A DNA stretch of 64,000 nucleotides from Octopus vulgaris (taxonomy: Eukaryota), in assembly GCA_951406725.2 (NCBI GenBank), contig OX597824.1, positions 97,030,001 through 97,094,000 of the forward strand, given 5' to 3'. Under the pieces are notes generated by a model. That model was not told the DNA's origin. It ran no database searches and saw only the letters and a program-made list of their open reading frames with translations. This document shows positions 27,585 through 43,194 of the stretch, one piece after another (position 1 is the stretch's first letter; each line of letters opens with the position of its first letter). The translations under genes and the position numbers were made by a program.

Positions 27585-27748
27585 AGGGGATTCTTTCAAA
27601 TTCTGCCAACCATATCCACTCACAAGAAGCTTTGGACGGCTCGAGGCTATAGTCAAAAAACACATACCCAAGTTTACCCGTAGTGGGATGGAACCGGGAA
27701 CCATGTAGTTGGGAAGCAACCATCTTACCACGCAGCCACGCCTGCGTC
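27170..27748 (-). mobile_element. SINE type A interrupted by a PLE-like insert
   Basis: Head at 27585-27748 and tail at 27170-27320 both match 53245-53658. Confidence 0.75.
27395..27429 (+). ncRNA. Minimal type-I hammerhead ribozyme in PLE-like remnant (~27345-27525)
   Basis: GUUU-CUGACGA-A-GAGC ucc GCUC-GAAA-CGU-U-AAAU: intact core with palindromic stem III. Confidence 0.7.
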
Positions 27749-27962
27749 TATACACACATACATACATACATACATACATACATGCACACAAGAAATTCCA
27801 ATGAAGGAGCCTTGAATCTCGGTTAGAAACCGGCTCTTTCTCTATTGGCAAGAAATTTGAGATAAAACTGAACAATGACATATATACATGGATGCATATG
27901 TATATATATGTATATGTATAATACATATATATACATATATATATACATATGTTATGTATATG

Positions 27963-28086
<124 letters not shown>

Positions 28087-28443
28087 CGCAACTTGTTGCT
28101 TAATGTCGAAGGAATGAGAAAAGATTGCACTATACATAGTTGTTTTGTTTCGATGAGAACTGAAGGTGAGCATTTGTCAGGGAATCTGGGAGTTTTGAGT
28201 ATGAAGAAGACGATCAGGCGAAAATGGCAGCGGTGTAAAACACGAGTCGCGAAACAAACCCTCAGCTTCAGCTGTATTCCAAGACAGTGTAAAGCCCAAA
28301 AGAAGGATGCGACGAAGAGAGGTGAGACGGAGCCTCGAGCACCGATGTTGCTGTTCATCTTTTCCTTGTAAAAGTTTAATAAACATAGTCTCCCAAAAGT
28401 ATTGACTGACCTTCCAGTTATATATATATATATATATATATCA

Positions 28444-28474
<31 letters not shown>

Positions 28475-28597
28475 GAACAATCTTACTTAGAAAGGGATGC
28501 GTGCGTTCCGTCATATAATATATTAATAAATAAAACATATGCATATATATATACATATATGTACGTACCTACCTCTACATGTATATATACACGCATA

Positions 28598-28776
28598 TAT
28601 GAGTACAGGACACCAAAAAAAACGTCGAACACAATGAGAAACGAAAACATAGACACAAACCCAAGGAACTGGACATTTTTCTTAAACAACAAAAAAATAG
28701 AGTACAGGACAAATAACACAAGGAAAAAACCCCTTCTTCAGTCGCCATGGTTTCATCTACTCTACGTTTCGAAGGT
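28598..28776 (-). mobile_element. PLE-like remnant with the 3' half of a hammerhead (ccuucGAAACGUA)
   Basis: Microsatellite-flanked, U-rich 3' region on the minus strand, truncated inside stem II. Confidence 0.45.
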
Positions 28777-28971
28777 GATATGTGTGTGTGTGTGTGTGTT
28801 TGCATGATTTGACTTAAATACCTGCACTTAAAAATATTGGGTACCTCTGTACATACACACACACACACATACTCACATACACGCGCACATACACACGTGG
28901 GCACACGAGCTCAAGCATACATGTACTTCAGCACATCTGTGGCAAATACATTTTACGTTTTCCTTGCTTGC

Positions 28972-29840
<869 letters not shown>

Positions 29841-30376
29841 TCATCTCCACACAAAATTCCAAGAATATCTTTAGAGAATGACCCAGTTTAAAAACAAATG
29901 TGTAGAAAGAGAGAGATAGGTAGATAGATAGACAGAGAGACGGAAAGAGAGAGAGAGAAAGAGAGAGAGAGAGTGAGTGAGAGAGAGAGAGCCCTGAAAG
30001 CCGCATGATCTACAGGAAACGGCGGCCATGTTTAATATTCCAATATAGAACTGGTTTAGTTTAGCAGGAGAATGGTCTGGCAGCGAGGTTGGCTCCACGT
30101 TGTCCTCGCCTCTAACAATGCTCTTTCTTGTTCCAGCTATTAATCTCGACCAACACCTAGCAAATAATACGCTAATGATGCCGTAATGTTTTATCTTTGC
30201 GAAGTGATATACAAACACATACACACACACACACACATACACACGCATATACATACGTAGGCACACAAATTATACGCGCGCCCGCCCGCGCACACACACG
30301 GGAGCAAATACCCACATTATATTGGTAATTACATATTAATTTCTCCGCGTGTAAGTGCGCGCAGGCGCTTGTTTGC

Positions 30377-30411
<35 letters not shown>

Positions 30412-30553
30412 AATATACACACATATATATATATATATCGTGTAAATAGATATAATATGCATGCATATATAATTTTGAATTTATACATACATACAGACAC
30501 ACACCACACACACATACATACATACACACACACACACACATATATATATATAC

Positions 30554-30593
<40 letters not shown>

Positions 30594-30927
30594 GCAGATG
30601 TGTATGTGTATCTGCGCACACGCATGCGCACATACATGTACATGTAGGTACATATATGTATATATGTATGTATATATATATATACACATACATACACACA
30701 CACACCCACACGCACACACACACACATATATATATATGTATAATATATGTATATATATGAGTGTGTGAATGTGTGTCGGTCTATACATATATATTTGAAT
30801 ATATGTATATGTATATATGCATATATACCTGCGTGTGTATATATATATGTATATATATATATTTATTTATATATATATGTGTGTATATATATGTATTTAT
30901 ATATATATATATGTATATATATATATG

Positions 30928-31007
<80 letters not shown>

Positions 31008-31491
31008 AATGTATGTGTATATGTAGGTATATCCTCATGTATATATTTGTGCGTGTATTTCCACTTACTACACGTCTGAAACGAAGAGACAGACCAGTGT
31101 CAGTCGAAGCAGCAGCCATTGCAACGCAGTTCCCACCACCCCACCCCATCCCACCTCACCCCACCCCATCCCACCTCACCCCCACCCCATCCCACCTCAC
31201 CCCACCCCACCCGTTTCCTTGTAAGGTATTTTCATGTGCAACATATTACCATAACGGATAACCTACGAAGCTTCTATATCTACACAACATGGCGTCCATC
31301 AAAATACCTTAGATGGAAGCGGGTGGGGAAATGGCGTTAGAATGAGCGGTTCTTAAAACTCAATACATGTATCTTTCTTTGTTCCCCTCACAAACCTGCC
31401 AAGTGTTTTTTGAATCAAGCTCTGATTGGTTCTTTTTTCTTTTTTTTTATCTCCAACTCAAGTAGCAACGGTAGTCGCTGCAGTAGTCGTT

Positions 31492-31530
<39 letters not shown>

Positions 31531-31656
31531 TTAATCGTAGTAGTAGTGCTAGTGGTGGTGGTGGTAGTCTAAATGATATTGTACAAATAGATGTTGTGCA
31601 AATAGTAATAGTAGTGGCAGCAAGAGCAGCAGCAGCAGAAGTAATAGTTGTTGTAA

Positions 31657-31709
<53 letters not shown>

Positions 31710-32871
31710 ACCGTGGTGGTGGTATTAATTGTAGTAGTATTTGTAGTGGTAGTAGTAGTAGTGTTGGTGGTGGTGGTGGTGGTAGTAGTTGTGTGGTATT
31801 ACTAGTAGAAATAATAGCTGTAGTAATAATAGTAGTAGTAAGAGCAACAGCAGCAGCAGCAGCAGTAATAGTAGTAGTGGTAGTAGTAGTAAGAGAAGTT
31901 TTAGTAGTAGTAGTGATGGAAGCCATAGTGGTAGTATTAGTAGTAATCGAAGTAGTAGTTGTGGAAATTGTAGTAGTAGCAGTAGTAGTAGTAGTAGTAG
32001 AGGTGGTAGTGGTTGATATTGTTTAGCCACCATTCAACACTGACCATTCATGTTTAGAGACCTCCTGCCCTGACTGACTTATTTTTTTTTATTCATACCA
32101 CTCGGACTCTATAAACAAAATCGCAGCCGTTGCTGAGTGGTTAGAAGCTTATAGACCGAGAGCCAGTCCCGGTTTGATTAGACTCGAAGCTCCAAAATAC
32201 TGGCAAGGCACAATATGTGTACAAATGGGCCTAATACCATGAAACGGGATTCTTTAATATGCTTAGGTATGGATTAATTCATTATGAGATAATCAACTTG
32301 CATAAATAACTAAATTAATTAGACTTTAAGCTCCAGTAATGAATCACATTGAATATTACTCCTTAGACACAAGTGATACTTAAATGAAAACTTAAGAAAA
32401 AACGGGTATTGAAAAATAAATTAAGAAGTTTTAATTAGACACTTAATTAGGAATTGATTAGACTTTCTGCTCCAACGTCAATTTCTTCGCAGAATTGTTC
32501 ACTAAACCTAACTGAATCTATTCATGTCACTTAAGAACCATTTTAGGTATGGATTTATAATTTAAGAAGCATTTTCTACTAATCACTATACACTAATTAA
32601 GGAGAAATATACACCTATTTTTCCACAATCAGGGTTTTCATTTCACGTACGTCAGAATGTGACGGACTTAGATTCACGTGCGTCACTTTTTTCGACAGAG
32701 TTTGTCACGTTTTTTAACGCTTTATCCAATTCTTTACTCATATTCATTCGCATTCAGATCATCAGAATACGAACACGCCTGATATTCGTCTTCCGCTAGT
32801 CAACACATTCAGTAAGGGGACATTAAAAATAAATTATCACGGAGGACCATTTCTCACGCGATCCTGGGCAA

Positions 32872-33068
32872 CTTGAGAAGTACATGGAACAAATAGGGGC
32901 TGCAATAGGGTGGAGCACTTGCAGTAAACATCACTCCTTGGAACTGCTCGAATACTCTGGATTGTGCTCGAAAATAAGGGGTGTTACCTTAGTTCACTGG
33001 TTGTGAACAGCTGACACCGCAGTACATCTCCAGCGTTAGATGCTGTGCGAAGACAATAAAATAATACT
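32872..33068 (+). pseudogene. 3' end of a second RLE-type LINE family
   Basis: LEKYMEQIGAAI/VEHLQ*TSLLGTARILWIVLE resembles the terminal LQK.ALLGTARILR motif; A/AAT-rich tail. Confidence 0.75.
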
Positions 33069-33082
33069 AAAATGTGGAGGAG

Positions 33083-33405
33083 GGGACTAGTCGATTCACT
33101 GGTACTTAATTTATCGACCCTGAAAGGATTAAAGGCAAGGTCGACCTCGGCGGGATTTGAACTCAGAACTTAGCGGCGGACGAAATACTTGTTTCGTTAC
33201 TACCTACAAGGGGCTAAACATAGCGGGGACAAACAAGGACAGACAAAGGGATTAAGTCGATTATATCGACCCCAGTGCGTAACTGGTACTTATTTAATCG
33301 TCCCCGAAAGGATGAAAGGCAAAGTCGACCTTGGCGGGATTTGAACTCAGAACGTAGCGGCAGACGAAATGCTGCTAAGGATTTCGCCCAGCGTGCTAAC
33401 GATTC
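33083..33405 (-). mobile_element. Two adjacent or nested SINE type B copies
   Basis: Two copies of tcgacc.cggcgggatttgaactcagaac. Confidence 0.85.
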
Positions 33406-33774
33406 GAACAACAGAAGCCACAAGAACACTAACAACAACAAAAGCTGTAGTTTCTTGCCTTCTTTTACTGGTTTCGTTCATTGACCATGTCGGTGGTGGT
33501 GGCGGCGGCGGGGCGCATTCAGTGTTCTCAACGATTTTATCGACTCCTATGCGTCACTGGTACTTATTCTATGGAGCTCAGATGGGTGAAATGCAAAGTC
33601 GGTCAGTGTGATCAATTATATAATACAACAGAGTAACCAACAGTGTTCTTACATGAAAAGATTCGGGAAATAATTATGGACATAAACGAATCCCAAGGGA
33701 TTTGTTCAAGACAAACGCATCCTTCATAAACTGATGTTGAATTAGATCTGCAATCAATATAAAGAAATCAATCC

Positions 33775-33825
33775 ATCAATCAGTCAGTCAGTCAATCAAT
33801 CAAGCAGTCAATCAACCAATCAGTT

Positions 33826-33902
<77 letters not shown>

Positions 33903-33912
33903 ATCTATCTAA

Positions 33913-34008
<96 letters not shown>

Positions 34009-34012
34009 TTAA

Positions 34013-34094
<82 letters not shown>

Positions 34095-34095
34095 C

Positions 34096-34159
<64 letters not shown>

Positions 34160-34215
34160 CTCTTTCTTTCTATCTTTCTTTCTCTCATTCTATCTATATG
34201 TCTGTCTGTCTGTCG
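33775..34215. repeat. Compound (TCAA)n-(CT)n-(CTAT)n-(CTTT)n tract
   Basis: Direct reading. Confidence 0.95.
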
Positions 34216-35591
34216 GTTTGCCTGTCTGTCCCTGTATCTGTCTGTATCTTTTATACCTCCTTTTACTTGCTTCAGTAAGTAAAAGTTGCTGGGGGTACAA
34301 ACACACACACAAAACACACAAACACACAAACACCACACACACACACAGACACAGACACAGACACAGACACACACACACACGCACACACACACACGCACAT
34401 ATACACACGACGATCTTCTTTCAGATTCCGTCTACCAAATTCATTCTCATAAGGCTTTGGTCTTTTCGAAGGTTTAGTAGGAAACACTTGCCGAAGAAAG
34501 AGCGTAAAGAAATTCTGCTGATCACTGAGTACCCCCTTGAGTACCCCCTTGCCATGGTTGTTCAGGTAGCTTTATATTTGATTCGAATTGGCCACTTCAA
34601 TGCAGGACTTTTAGCAGAAACTGCTTAGTGTTTGTGGAAACTTCGGCATTGATGGCTATGTAGGTAGCGTGTGTTTCCCATGTAAAGAGGTCGGCTGTTG
34701 TCTTAAGTCTGCATTCACATCACATGATTCTAAAACTGAAGCTACATGTTCAGCTGAAAACAGAAAGAAAGTCAGCCACGATGGCGCTGTCGTCTGCAAG
34801 CACGGAAATAAAACTCCATTTGTAAAAGTAATAAACTTGAAGAAAAGACATGAAATAAAATGTAACACTTTTCTCTCTCCAAGGAACATTCGAGATAATA
34901 AAATGCAAATAAGATTAAGATAGATAAAATATAAAATAAAACTAAATTGCTCACAAAAACGTTGACATATGGAGCGGAAAATACACGTAATAAAAAGAAG
35001 AAACCACTTTAATTTCTGGTATGGGATACTAAAGTGTTTATAACATATCACTTGGGAGAATGCTGCCATACATTGAGGAGGATGAAGTCCCTGCCAAATT
35101 GTTTCTACTCAAAAGACAGAAAGCATCTGCTAATAACAAGTCTAGACCCTGTAAAAGCAGAATTGGAGAAATTAACCAGATCCCTGCCTTCTGTGAAGAA
35201 ATGTCTCTTAACTAACTTCGTAAAAGTCATGATATGGTAGACAGAGAATTCTGTAACAAAGTAAGACCGAAAAACTATGAGAATAAATGAAAATGAAGAG
35301 AAGATAAATGGCTGAAAAAAAGTTTGGTGGAATCTAAAAATAAAAACAGCAATCGAATTAAAACAAAACTGATTAATAGTGTTGTTTGGGACCACAAATT
35401 ATAAAACCTGCACCGTTGTGTTACGCCAGCTGCCTATTTGCTATGAGTGTGGTAAAATATACAAGGGGAAAGAAGAGATCTATCGACGAGAAGTTCGCTT
35501 TCTGCGTATCTACTATTATGAGAGCGAGTGGTTATGTTCCAGCCGCCTGAGTGGATATAGTTGATCTTTGACTCCTTGAGAACATGGCTTA

Positions 35592-35811
<220 letters not shown>

Positions 35812-36213
35812 TATGCTTCAAATAGCAGTTATGGAGCTCATTTCAGAGATTTTAGTATTATTTTAAAAATACATGATTCATCAATATTCTTGGCTCCATT
35901 CCTCTCCTTCGGCTTCTGCATTTTTACCGTTACTGGTCACATTTTCTCTTCCTGTTTTCCGTTGGAGAGAACCACATACGATACATTTTAAACCGAGTTT
36001 TCTCAAAAACGAGTGTGTGTCCAGAGATTAATATATAAATATTGTATGTATCTATTTTAATATTTATTTGCAAAATTCAGTCTTAGCCAACTCTATATTG
36101 CAATATATCATTCTTGAATCCTTTATCGCTGTTTGTGATTGTTAAGAAAACAAATTTATTAATATTGTTAATACATGTGTGTGTATATGTGCGGTATATG
36201 CGTGCATATATGA

Positions 36214-36279
<66 letters not shown>

Positions 36280-36865
36280 GTATATATGTATATATATATG
36301 TGTGTGTGTATATGCATAATTATATATATACATGTATATATAAATGTATATCTATATAATATACACACGCGTACATATATATATATGTATGAATGTGTCG
36401 GTTGCATATTTATGTAAATGGTACTTTGCCAATAAAAGACTTTCAAGAAAGGCCACACGATGAAGCCAACACAACACAGCGCCTCGTTCTTCCTCAAGTT
36501 GTTTGTTGCTGTCCTGGCTGCTGTTTCGTTCGAGATTCTAAAAGGACAGCCAGACTTAACACGTCATCGTTTCAGCGAGCACTCTACTTTAGTTGTTTTT
36601 TTTCCCACGAGACTTAACTATTTCACTCTGCAAATGTCTCACATACAATATTTGTTGAAGTATTCGCACTGCGTACCACTGATCTTTAGTCATCTATTCG
36701 CTTTCATGAATACTCTCACAGACAGACTCTTAGATAGAGGTGAATGTATGTACATATATTATGTCTGGGCCTGCATAATGCATGCATACATACATACATA
36801 CATACATACATACATACATACATAAATACATTCATAATGCAAGCACAAATATATATATGAATATA

Positions 36866-37120
36866 TAAGTTCATCAAAATTTAGATCAGTTGAATATGGT
36901 ACTTAAGTTAAAGTCACCAGAATTTGGTATGGTATTATCCATATAAATCAAATGGGGTGATTATAATCAAAATAAGCAACAAGGATATCCAAGGTAGTGT
37001 AGTACAATCGTTTCATGCTACTTCATTTTATTAAACACTGTAAGTATTTAATAAAATGAAGTAGCATGAAACGATTGTACTACACTACCTTGGATATCCT
37101 TGTTGCTTATTTTGATTATA
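36866..37120. mobile_element. PLE-like remnant with a 74-bp perfect inverted repeat (36962-37035 / 37047-37120)
   Basis: Arms are exact reverse complements; same family as 41757-42031 and 47661-47920. Confidence 0.85.
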
Positions 37121-37865
37121 TGTATATATATGTATGTATATACGTGTTTATGTATATATATTAAATATACGTATATAGACATACACGAATGCACAAGTAC
37201 ATATCTGTACGTATATTTTGTTTGTGTGTTTGTATATGAGCAGATGTGTGTATATGTGTATGTATAGAATATCGACATGGCTTGTTCAATATAAACCACT
37301 GAATTATATCTCAAGCAAGTTAGGGCAACTTTTGCTTAGACTCTCACTGTGCTAAAATGCCGGCTATTGTTCTCATACTTAACTTCTGAAAAAAATTGCA
37401 AAACGCATTTGAAGAGTGTTGTCCTCATGTACAAAAGTAAAGGGTGGGAGAAATGTTAAATGAATTTGTTTCTAAACTTCTTCGATCGGAATCGAGGTTG
37501 GTCAAAACAACAACAATAATCGAATGAAATCTCCAATAAAACCGAGAAAATGTAATTACGGCTTCTTCTGTTTGTCATACATCCCCCTGGCGGACAGAGA
37601 GTGTAGACGTTGCTCTTTCTCAGCCGTGTTCTATATATTCCAGGGCCTCTCAAGTTCTTTCTTCTTTGCAGCCATGCCATCACTTTCTAACCGTCCAATC
37701 CGACACAGATGTTACCATTATTTCGACCTAACATCCGTTTTAAGATGCCATACACATGTAATCTAGACATCTCATCCAAACCTTCGTCGATTCTATGGAA
37801 GGACACCAAGAAAACCTCTGACAACGGAGGGTAAGGGTTGTTGCTGATACTGTGGAAAAATATTC

Positions 37866-37937
<72 letters not shown>

Positions 37938-37940
<3 letters not shown>

Positions 37941-38121
37941 TTTCAAATATTGGCATAAGTCAATTACATTGACCCCAGTGCTCAAATGGTACACATTTTA
38001 TCGATCTCGAAGGGTGAAAGGCAAAGTCGACATCGGCTGGATTTGAACTCAGAGCATGGAGATGGACGAAATGTTGCTAGGAATTTTGTCCGGTGTGCTA
38101 ACGTTTCTGCCAGGTCACCGC
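37938..38121 (-). mobile_element. SINE type B, diverged
   Basis: gaaaggcaaagtcgac...atttgaactcag...gtgctaacgtttctgccag. Confidence 0.8.
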
Positions 38122-39701
38122 GTTATTTCCTATATAAATAAATAGAAAAAAATGACACCCTAACACATCTCACTTCAAGAGGAACAAAAAAACTCTCGAT
38201 ATCTTGTATTGTAAAACCTCATTGACATCTTCTTTCGGACGTACGAACCCAACATGCAAAGATAGCGCAGACAGCATAACAGTTGACCTTCCCTGTCGAG
38301 GGCCAGAAATCTATTATCGCCGTCCAACAACTAATGACATTCTCTAAAACACAGTTGGGAGTCACACTTCTCAAATCTGCGACACAGCTGGTGGCACATC
38401 CTGGCCAAAGGCCTATATACTGACTAGTATGAAGTCGGTCACTCTCAGACTCCAGCCTCTGCTCTACAGCCGAACCGTTTTCCTCTTCACCTTTTCCATT
38501 GCTATGGTGGTTTGCGCTTGATGCAGTTGGCAGATTTCCCTCTAGTACTTCAGATCTTTTCGTTTATCCCCCATTTGTTCTTTCTTTCCAGAACGACGCC
38601 TTCCCAGGAATTCCATTTGTGCCTATGTTATTTATCGTGTTGTCATCAATTTGCAGTTTTTCAATGAAAACCTCAACTATACCGACCCTTTCACTGATAT
38701 CGGTGCAACATCTCAACCCTACGACCAAAGCAAGAAAATCGTTTGTTTAAAATTATAGTAACAATCTTATTACTAATTTCAAATTACAATTAATTAGTTT
38801 AATATATGACTATTGAAGTTAATCATCTCCAGTCTTAATCTAATTTGAGAATTTCAATAAACAACCGCGGCATTTGAGTCGATGTACCCGCTCGGTACAA
38901 GAACTCGCGTAAGCAGGTCCCCTCAAACACACACGCACTCATTCACACAAGAGAGCAACAGTAAATATAGCAGTGTGTATTTGTGTGTGTATTTGTTTGA
39001 GGGTGTGTGTATGTGTGTGTGTGTGTGTGTGTATGTTGTTTTTGTTGCTTTCTACGGCAATCGAAAAGCACACGATCTCATACAGAATTGTGAAACACAA
39101 CACATATACATACACATATATATATGTATATATATATATATATATACATACATACACACACACACACACATATATATATATACAGCATCTTCATTATGAT
39201 CAATATCACTATCATCATCATCTTCATGATCGTGACCAGCAGGGTCACTTTAGTTTCTCCACAGTTGTTGATACTCTACACAATTCACGTGGGTCCCTTG
39301 ATAAAGAGAGGCATCACATCCTAAACCGTGTCTAGAAATGAGCCACCCGGACGTTTGGCATAAAGTCCTTCACCAACAAGCCGCAACCTCTGCACCACAC
39401 CCGTGCCGTGTCCCCTCTGTCTGTCTGCCAATTTGTCTGTCTCTCGCTTTCTCTTTCTCTCACCTACCTAACACCAGCTTTTTCAATCTGGCTGAGTACA
39501 TGCCAACACATCATTCAAATATTTTCCCAACCCATTCATCACTTTCCTTACACCATCCATATGTTCAGAATCTGGGGCCTCGCATGAACCACCAAGTCTA
39601 GTACCCTTCTTCTGAAGGTTGGCCCCTTTTTGCGTGTTGACATAGAAATATTTGCTAGGAGTATTATTGACCTCCATGTCATCCTGTGGCACGGCGTGCT
39701 A

Positions 39702-39800
<99 letters not shown>

Positions 39801-39896
39801 GCACACAAATGTATATATACACACACATACATACATACACAAGTAAATATATATATATATATGGTATCTACGAATAGTAGTACCCTCAATATAATA

Positions 39897-39933
<37 letters not shown>

Positions 39934-40010
39934 TTATATATATACATACAAGCATATGCACACGCAAATATATATGTATATGTATGCATGTATGTATGTA
40001 TGTATGTATG

Positions 40011-40041
<31 letters not shown>

Positions 40042-40544
40042 ATACACACATATATATATATATACATATATGTGTGTATATATGCAACTTTTTTTTGTAA
40101 AATCTCAAAGTAATTGTGTGTGTTTTTGTTGGACTGTTTCGGTTTTTCTTTTTCTCCTGCACCACTTTAGAAGCTTGTTCAATATTGATAATGGCGTTAT
40201 GCAAATCCCCTTGACTAATAGCGCGCGCACACTCACAAGCACGCACACACAAATGCTCATACTGTGAATATATGTATATGCAAACATACATGTATGCATA
40301 TATATATATATATATGCATATGTGTATAAATATATATGTATACATATGAATATAATCATGCATATATATGTGTGTGTGTATGTGTGCGTGTATATATGTA
40401 TATAAATACGTACATTTACATATATATGTGTGTATATATATACAAAGATGAATGTTTACGTATAGATATAGTAATGCATATATGTATATGCATTTACATG
40501 TGTGTGCGTGTCTGCGTATATATATATATATATATATATATATA

Positions 40545-40627
<83 letters not shown>

Positions 40628-40748
40628 GTATGTGTGTGTTGTTGCGTATTCGATCGTAACTGATAATTTATTCTGGCTCAATTATCTATGCATATATACA
40701 GTCACCCCCATGTACATATATACACGCATATATTATATATTAGTCAAT

Positions 40749-40863
<115 letters not shown>

Positions 40864-41509
40864 CCTATTTCTGACCACGTGCTGCTATACTCTCTTTCTA
40901 TTTGTCCTCATTTACCCCCTTCTTCCGGTGCTGCTATGCTGCCACTTAGCTCATACATTTACCATTTTACCAGTTCAACATTCCACCATGTTGCTAACGC
41001 TATTCACGATGTCTCATCGCTCTGTGGCCGAATTATCAGCATTAGCAGCTCACCAATTCCTAATCGATTTCTTCAGAGATAGATATATGGACTCTGCAGT
41101 TGCTGAGACCATATTCCATACATTTGCTTTCATTATTGGTTTCCTTGCGGAAATGGCAACAACGAGAGTATAGAACCGAGCCCTTCTGACGTCACTAATA
41201 TCTATTAGAAAGGTACAAATCCTTGCCAGCAGTGAATTCTAAGATTGGCGCAAGGCCACACATTAAAGCGACTCCAATTCTTGACTGGAATTCTATTTTA
41301 TCGAACTGGAAGGATGAAAGGCAACTCTAAGAACTGCGGAATTCCTTATAATATTATTTCCTTCTTCTTTGTTTCTTTTCAGTTAGTTTTGGTAAGTGTT
41401 GCCATGGTGTAGGAACTGCAGAAACTAACACTCTCGACCCGATGGGGTCGCCAAAAAGTTTCGTTTCATTTCCATTGGAAGAGACTTCTTTATGCGGACG
41501 AGAAATAGA

Positions 41510-41680
41510 GGCGCAGGCGAAGCTGTGTAGTAAGGACCATGTTTCCCAACCGCATGGTTCCACGTTCAGTGCCACTGCGCCGTACCTTGGGCAATTGTCT
41601 TTTACTACAGCCTCGAGCCGACCAAAGCCTTGCAAGTTTATTTAGTAGGCGGAAACTAAAAGAATCGCATCATTTGTATG
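41510..41680 (+). mobile_element. SINE type A head
   Basis: ggcgcaggcg...ccaaccgcatggttcc...gccgaccaaagccttg. Confidence 0.8.
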
Positions 41681-41704
41681 TATGCATGTATGTATGTATA
41701 TATG

Positions 41705-41756
<52 letters not shown>

Positions 41757-41760
<4 letters not shown>

Positions 41761-42030
41761 TTCAGCAAAATTTAGATTCAAATGAATATGATACTTAAGT
41801 CAGAGGCACCAGAATTGCGTATGGTATTATCCATATAAATCAATGGGGTGATTGTTGGCAAACGGAATGGAAATAAGTATATGTATTGTCCGTTTGATGG
41901 AAGACTTCTATAAATGGCTGAAGATTGCTCAGCATTTTAAAACTGATCTAATACTTACAATGTTTAATAAAATGAAGTAGCATGAAACGATCGTACCAAA
42001 TTACCGAAGATATACTTGTTGCTTTTTTTA

Positions 42031-42031
<1 letters not shown>
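41757..42031. mobile_element. Third member of the inverted PLE-like family, with a different inversion junction
   Basis: Left part matches 36866-36960 and right part matches 37047-37110; (TA)n on both sides. Confidence 0.75.
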
Positions 42032-42111
<80 letters not shown>

Positions 42112-42429
42112 AGAGAAACGACTTGTTTTAAATCTCTCAGTGAGAGATATAAAGCAACAGTACGGAATAGTAAAGTTATTTGCTAACAGAATGTGGCGGT
42201 CCTATAGAGGACGATGTTACTGTCGTCTGAGCCCCAGGAAAACATCTTTTCCAGCTGGCTATCGACACACAGAACAAACACGGAAACAAGGAAAAATTAA
42301 GGCATGTCTCAAGAAATGTACCTTGAGAGCAAGTTGACCACTTACACCTACCAGGTGTCATCCGCAGCGAGTGCACTTTTGTCACAGGATCTACGCAAGG
42401 AATTCCTCGGTACCCGTTTAGTATATCTC

Positions 42430-42675
42430 CAGAATGTACTGGAAGCTTTATTAACCACTACGATCGTTTCGGCAGGGTGGTGTTGTTACCACCCTGCCAC
42501 ACGTGTAGCGAAATGAACATATTATAACACTGAAGCCTTTTTATGCAATCTGAGGAAGTTTCTTCTGCACCATGGGTGCATTCGGTCCCTGCATTTTGTT
42601 CCACACCCATCAGGGAACAGTGCAAAAGTAAACCGAAACGATCGTTGTGCTTAACAAAGCTTCCAGTACACTCTG
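42430..42675 (+). mobile_element. PLE-like remnant with inverted termini and a long-stem-II hammerhead at 42545-42650
   Basis: 42430-42472 is an imperfect reverse complement of 42633-42675; CUGAGGA...GAAACGAUCGUU. Confidence 0.65.
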
Positions 42676-42717
42676 TATGTATATGTATATATATGTATAT
42701 ATATATATAAATATATA

Positions 42718-42767
<50 letters not shown>

Positions 42768-43162
42768 TCTGACTATAATTCTTTCTATTTTTTTTAAGAT
42801 AGTAGAATATAATTCAAACAATATTTATCTGTGTTCGCAATGGCGAGTGGGTAGGGGCTCCCCCATCGTGTGGGGGATATACCAGTCATATTATAAGGTC
42901 AATAACAATTGATTTTGTTATTCACTTCCATTAACAATTGGTCACGTCCGACATGAGAAATCGATACGTGATCTGTCTGTTATATAGATTATCTCTTGTA
43001 TCGATTCCTGATGACACACGTCACTACTTGCCAACATCCCTCCCCACCCACCTCTCTTTCTCTCTCTCCCTCCCTCCCTCTCTACTTCTCTATAGCTCTA
43101 TCATACTACATCTCATTGCCTTTCTTTTTACCTCATTACCTCTCCCTACCTCTCTCCCTACC

Positions 43163-43194
<32 letters not shown>

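Noticed and set aside
27791-27845. Hammerhead-like motif (ccaatga...gaaaccgg)
   Set aside because: The core has two substitutions and the stems are poor; possibly a decayed relic, but not supportable on its own
34960-35420. Possible mariner remnant (WD.K, AIELK..LIN)
   Set aside because: Only scattered short peptide matches in different frames
41915-41950. CUGAAGA-ugcu.agca hammerhead-like start
   Set aside because: The GAAA box is missing
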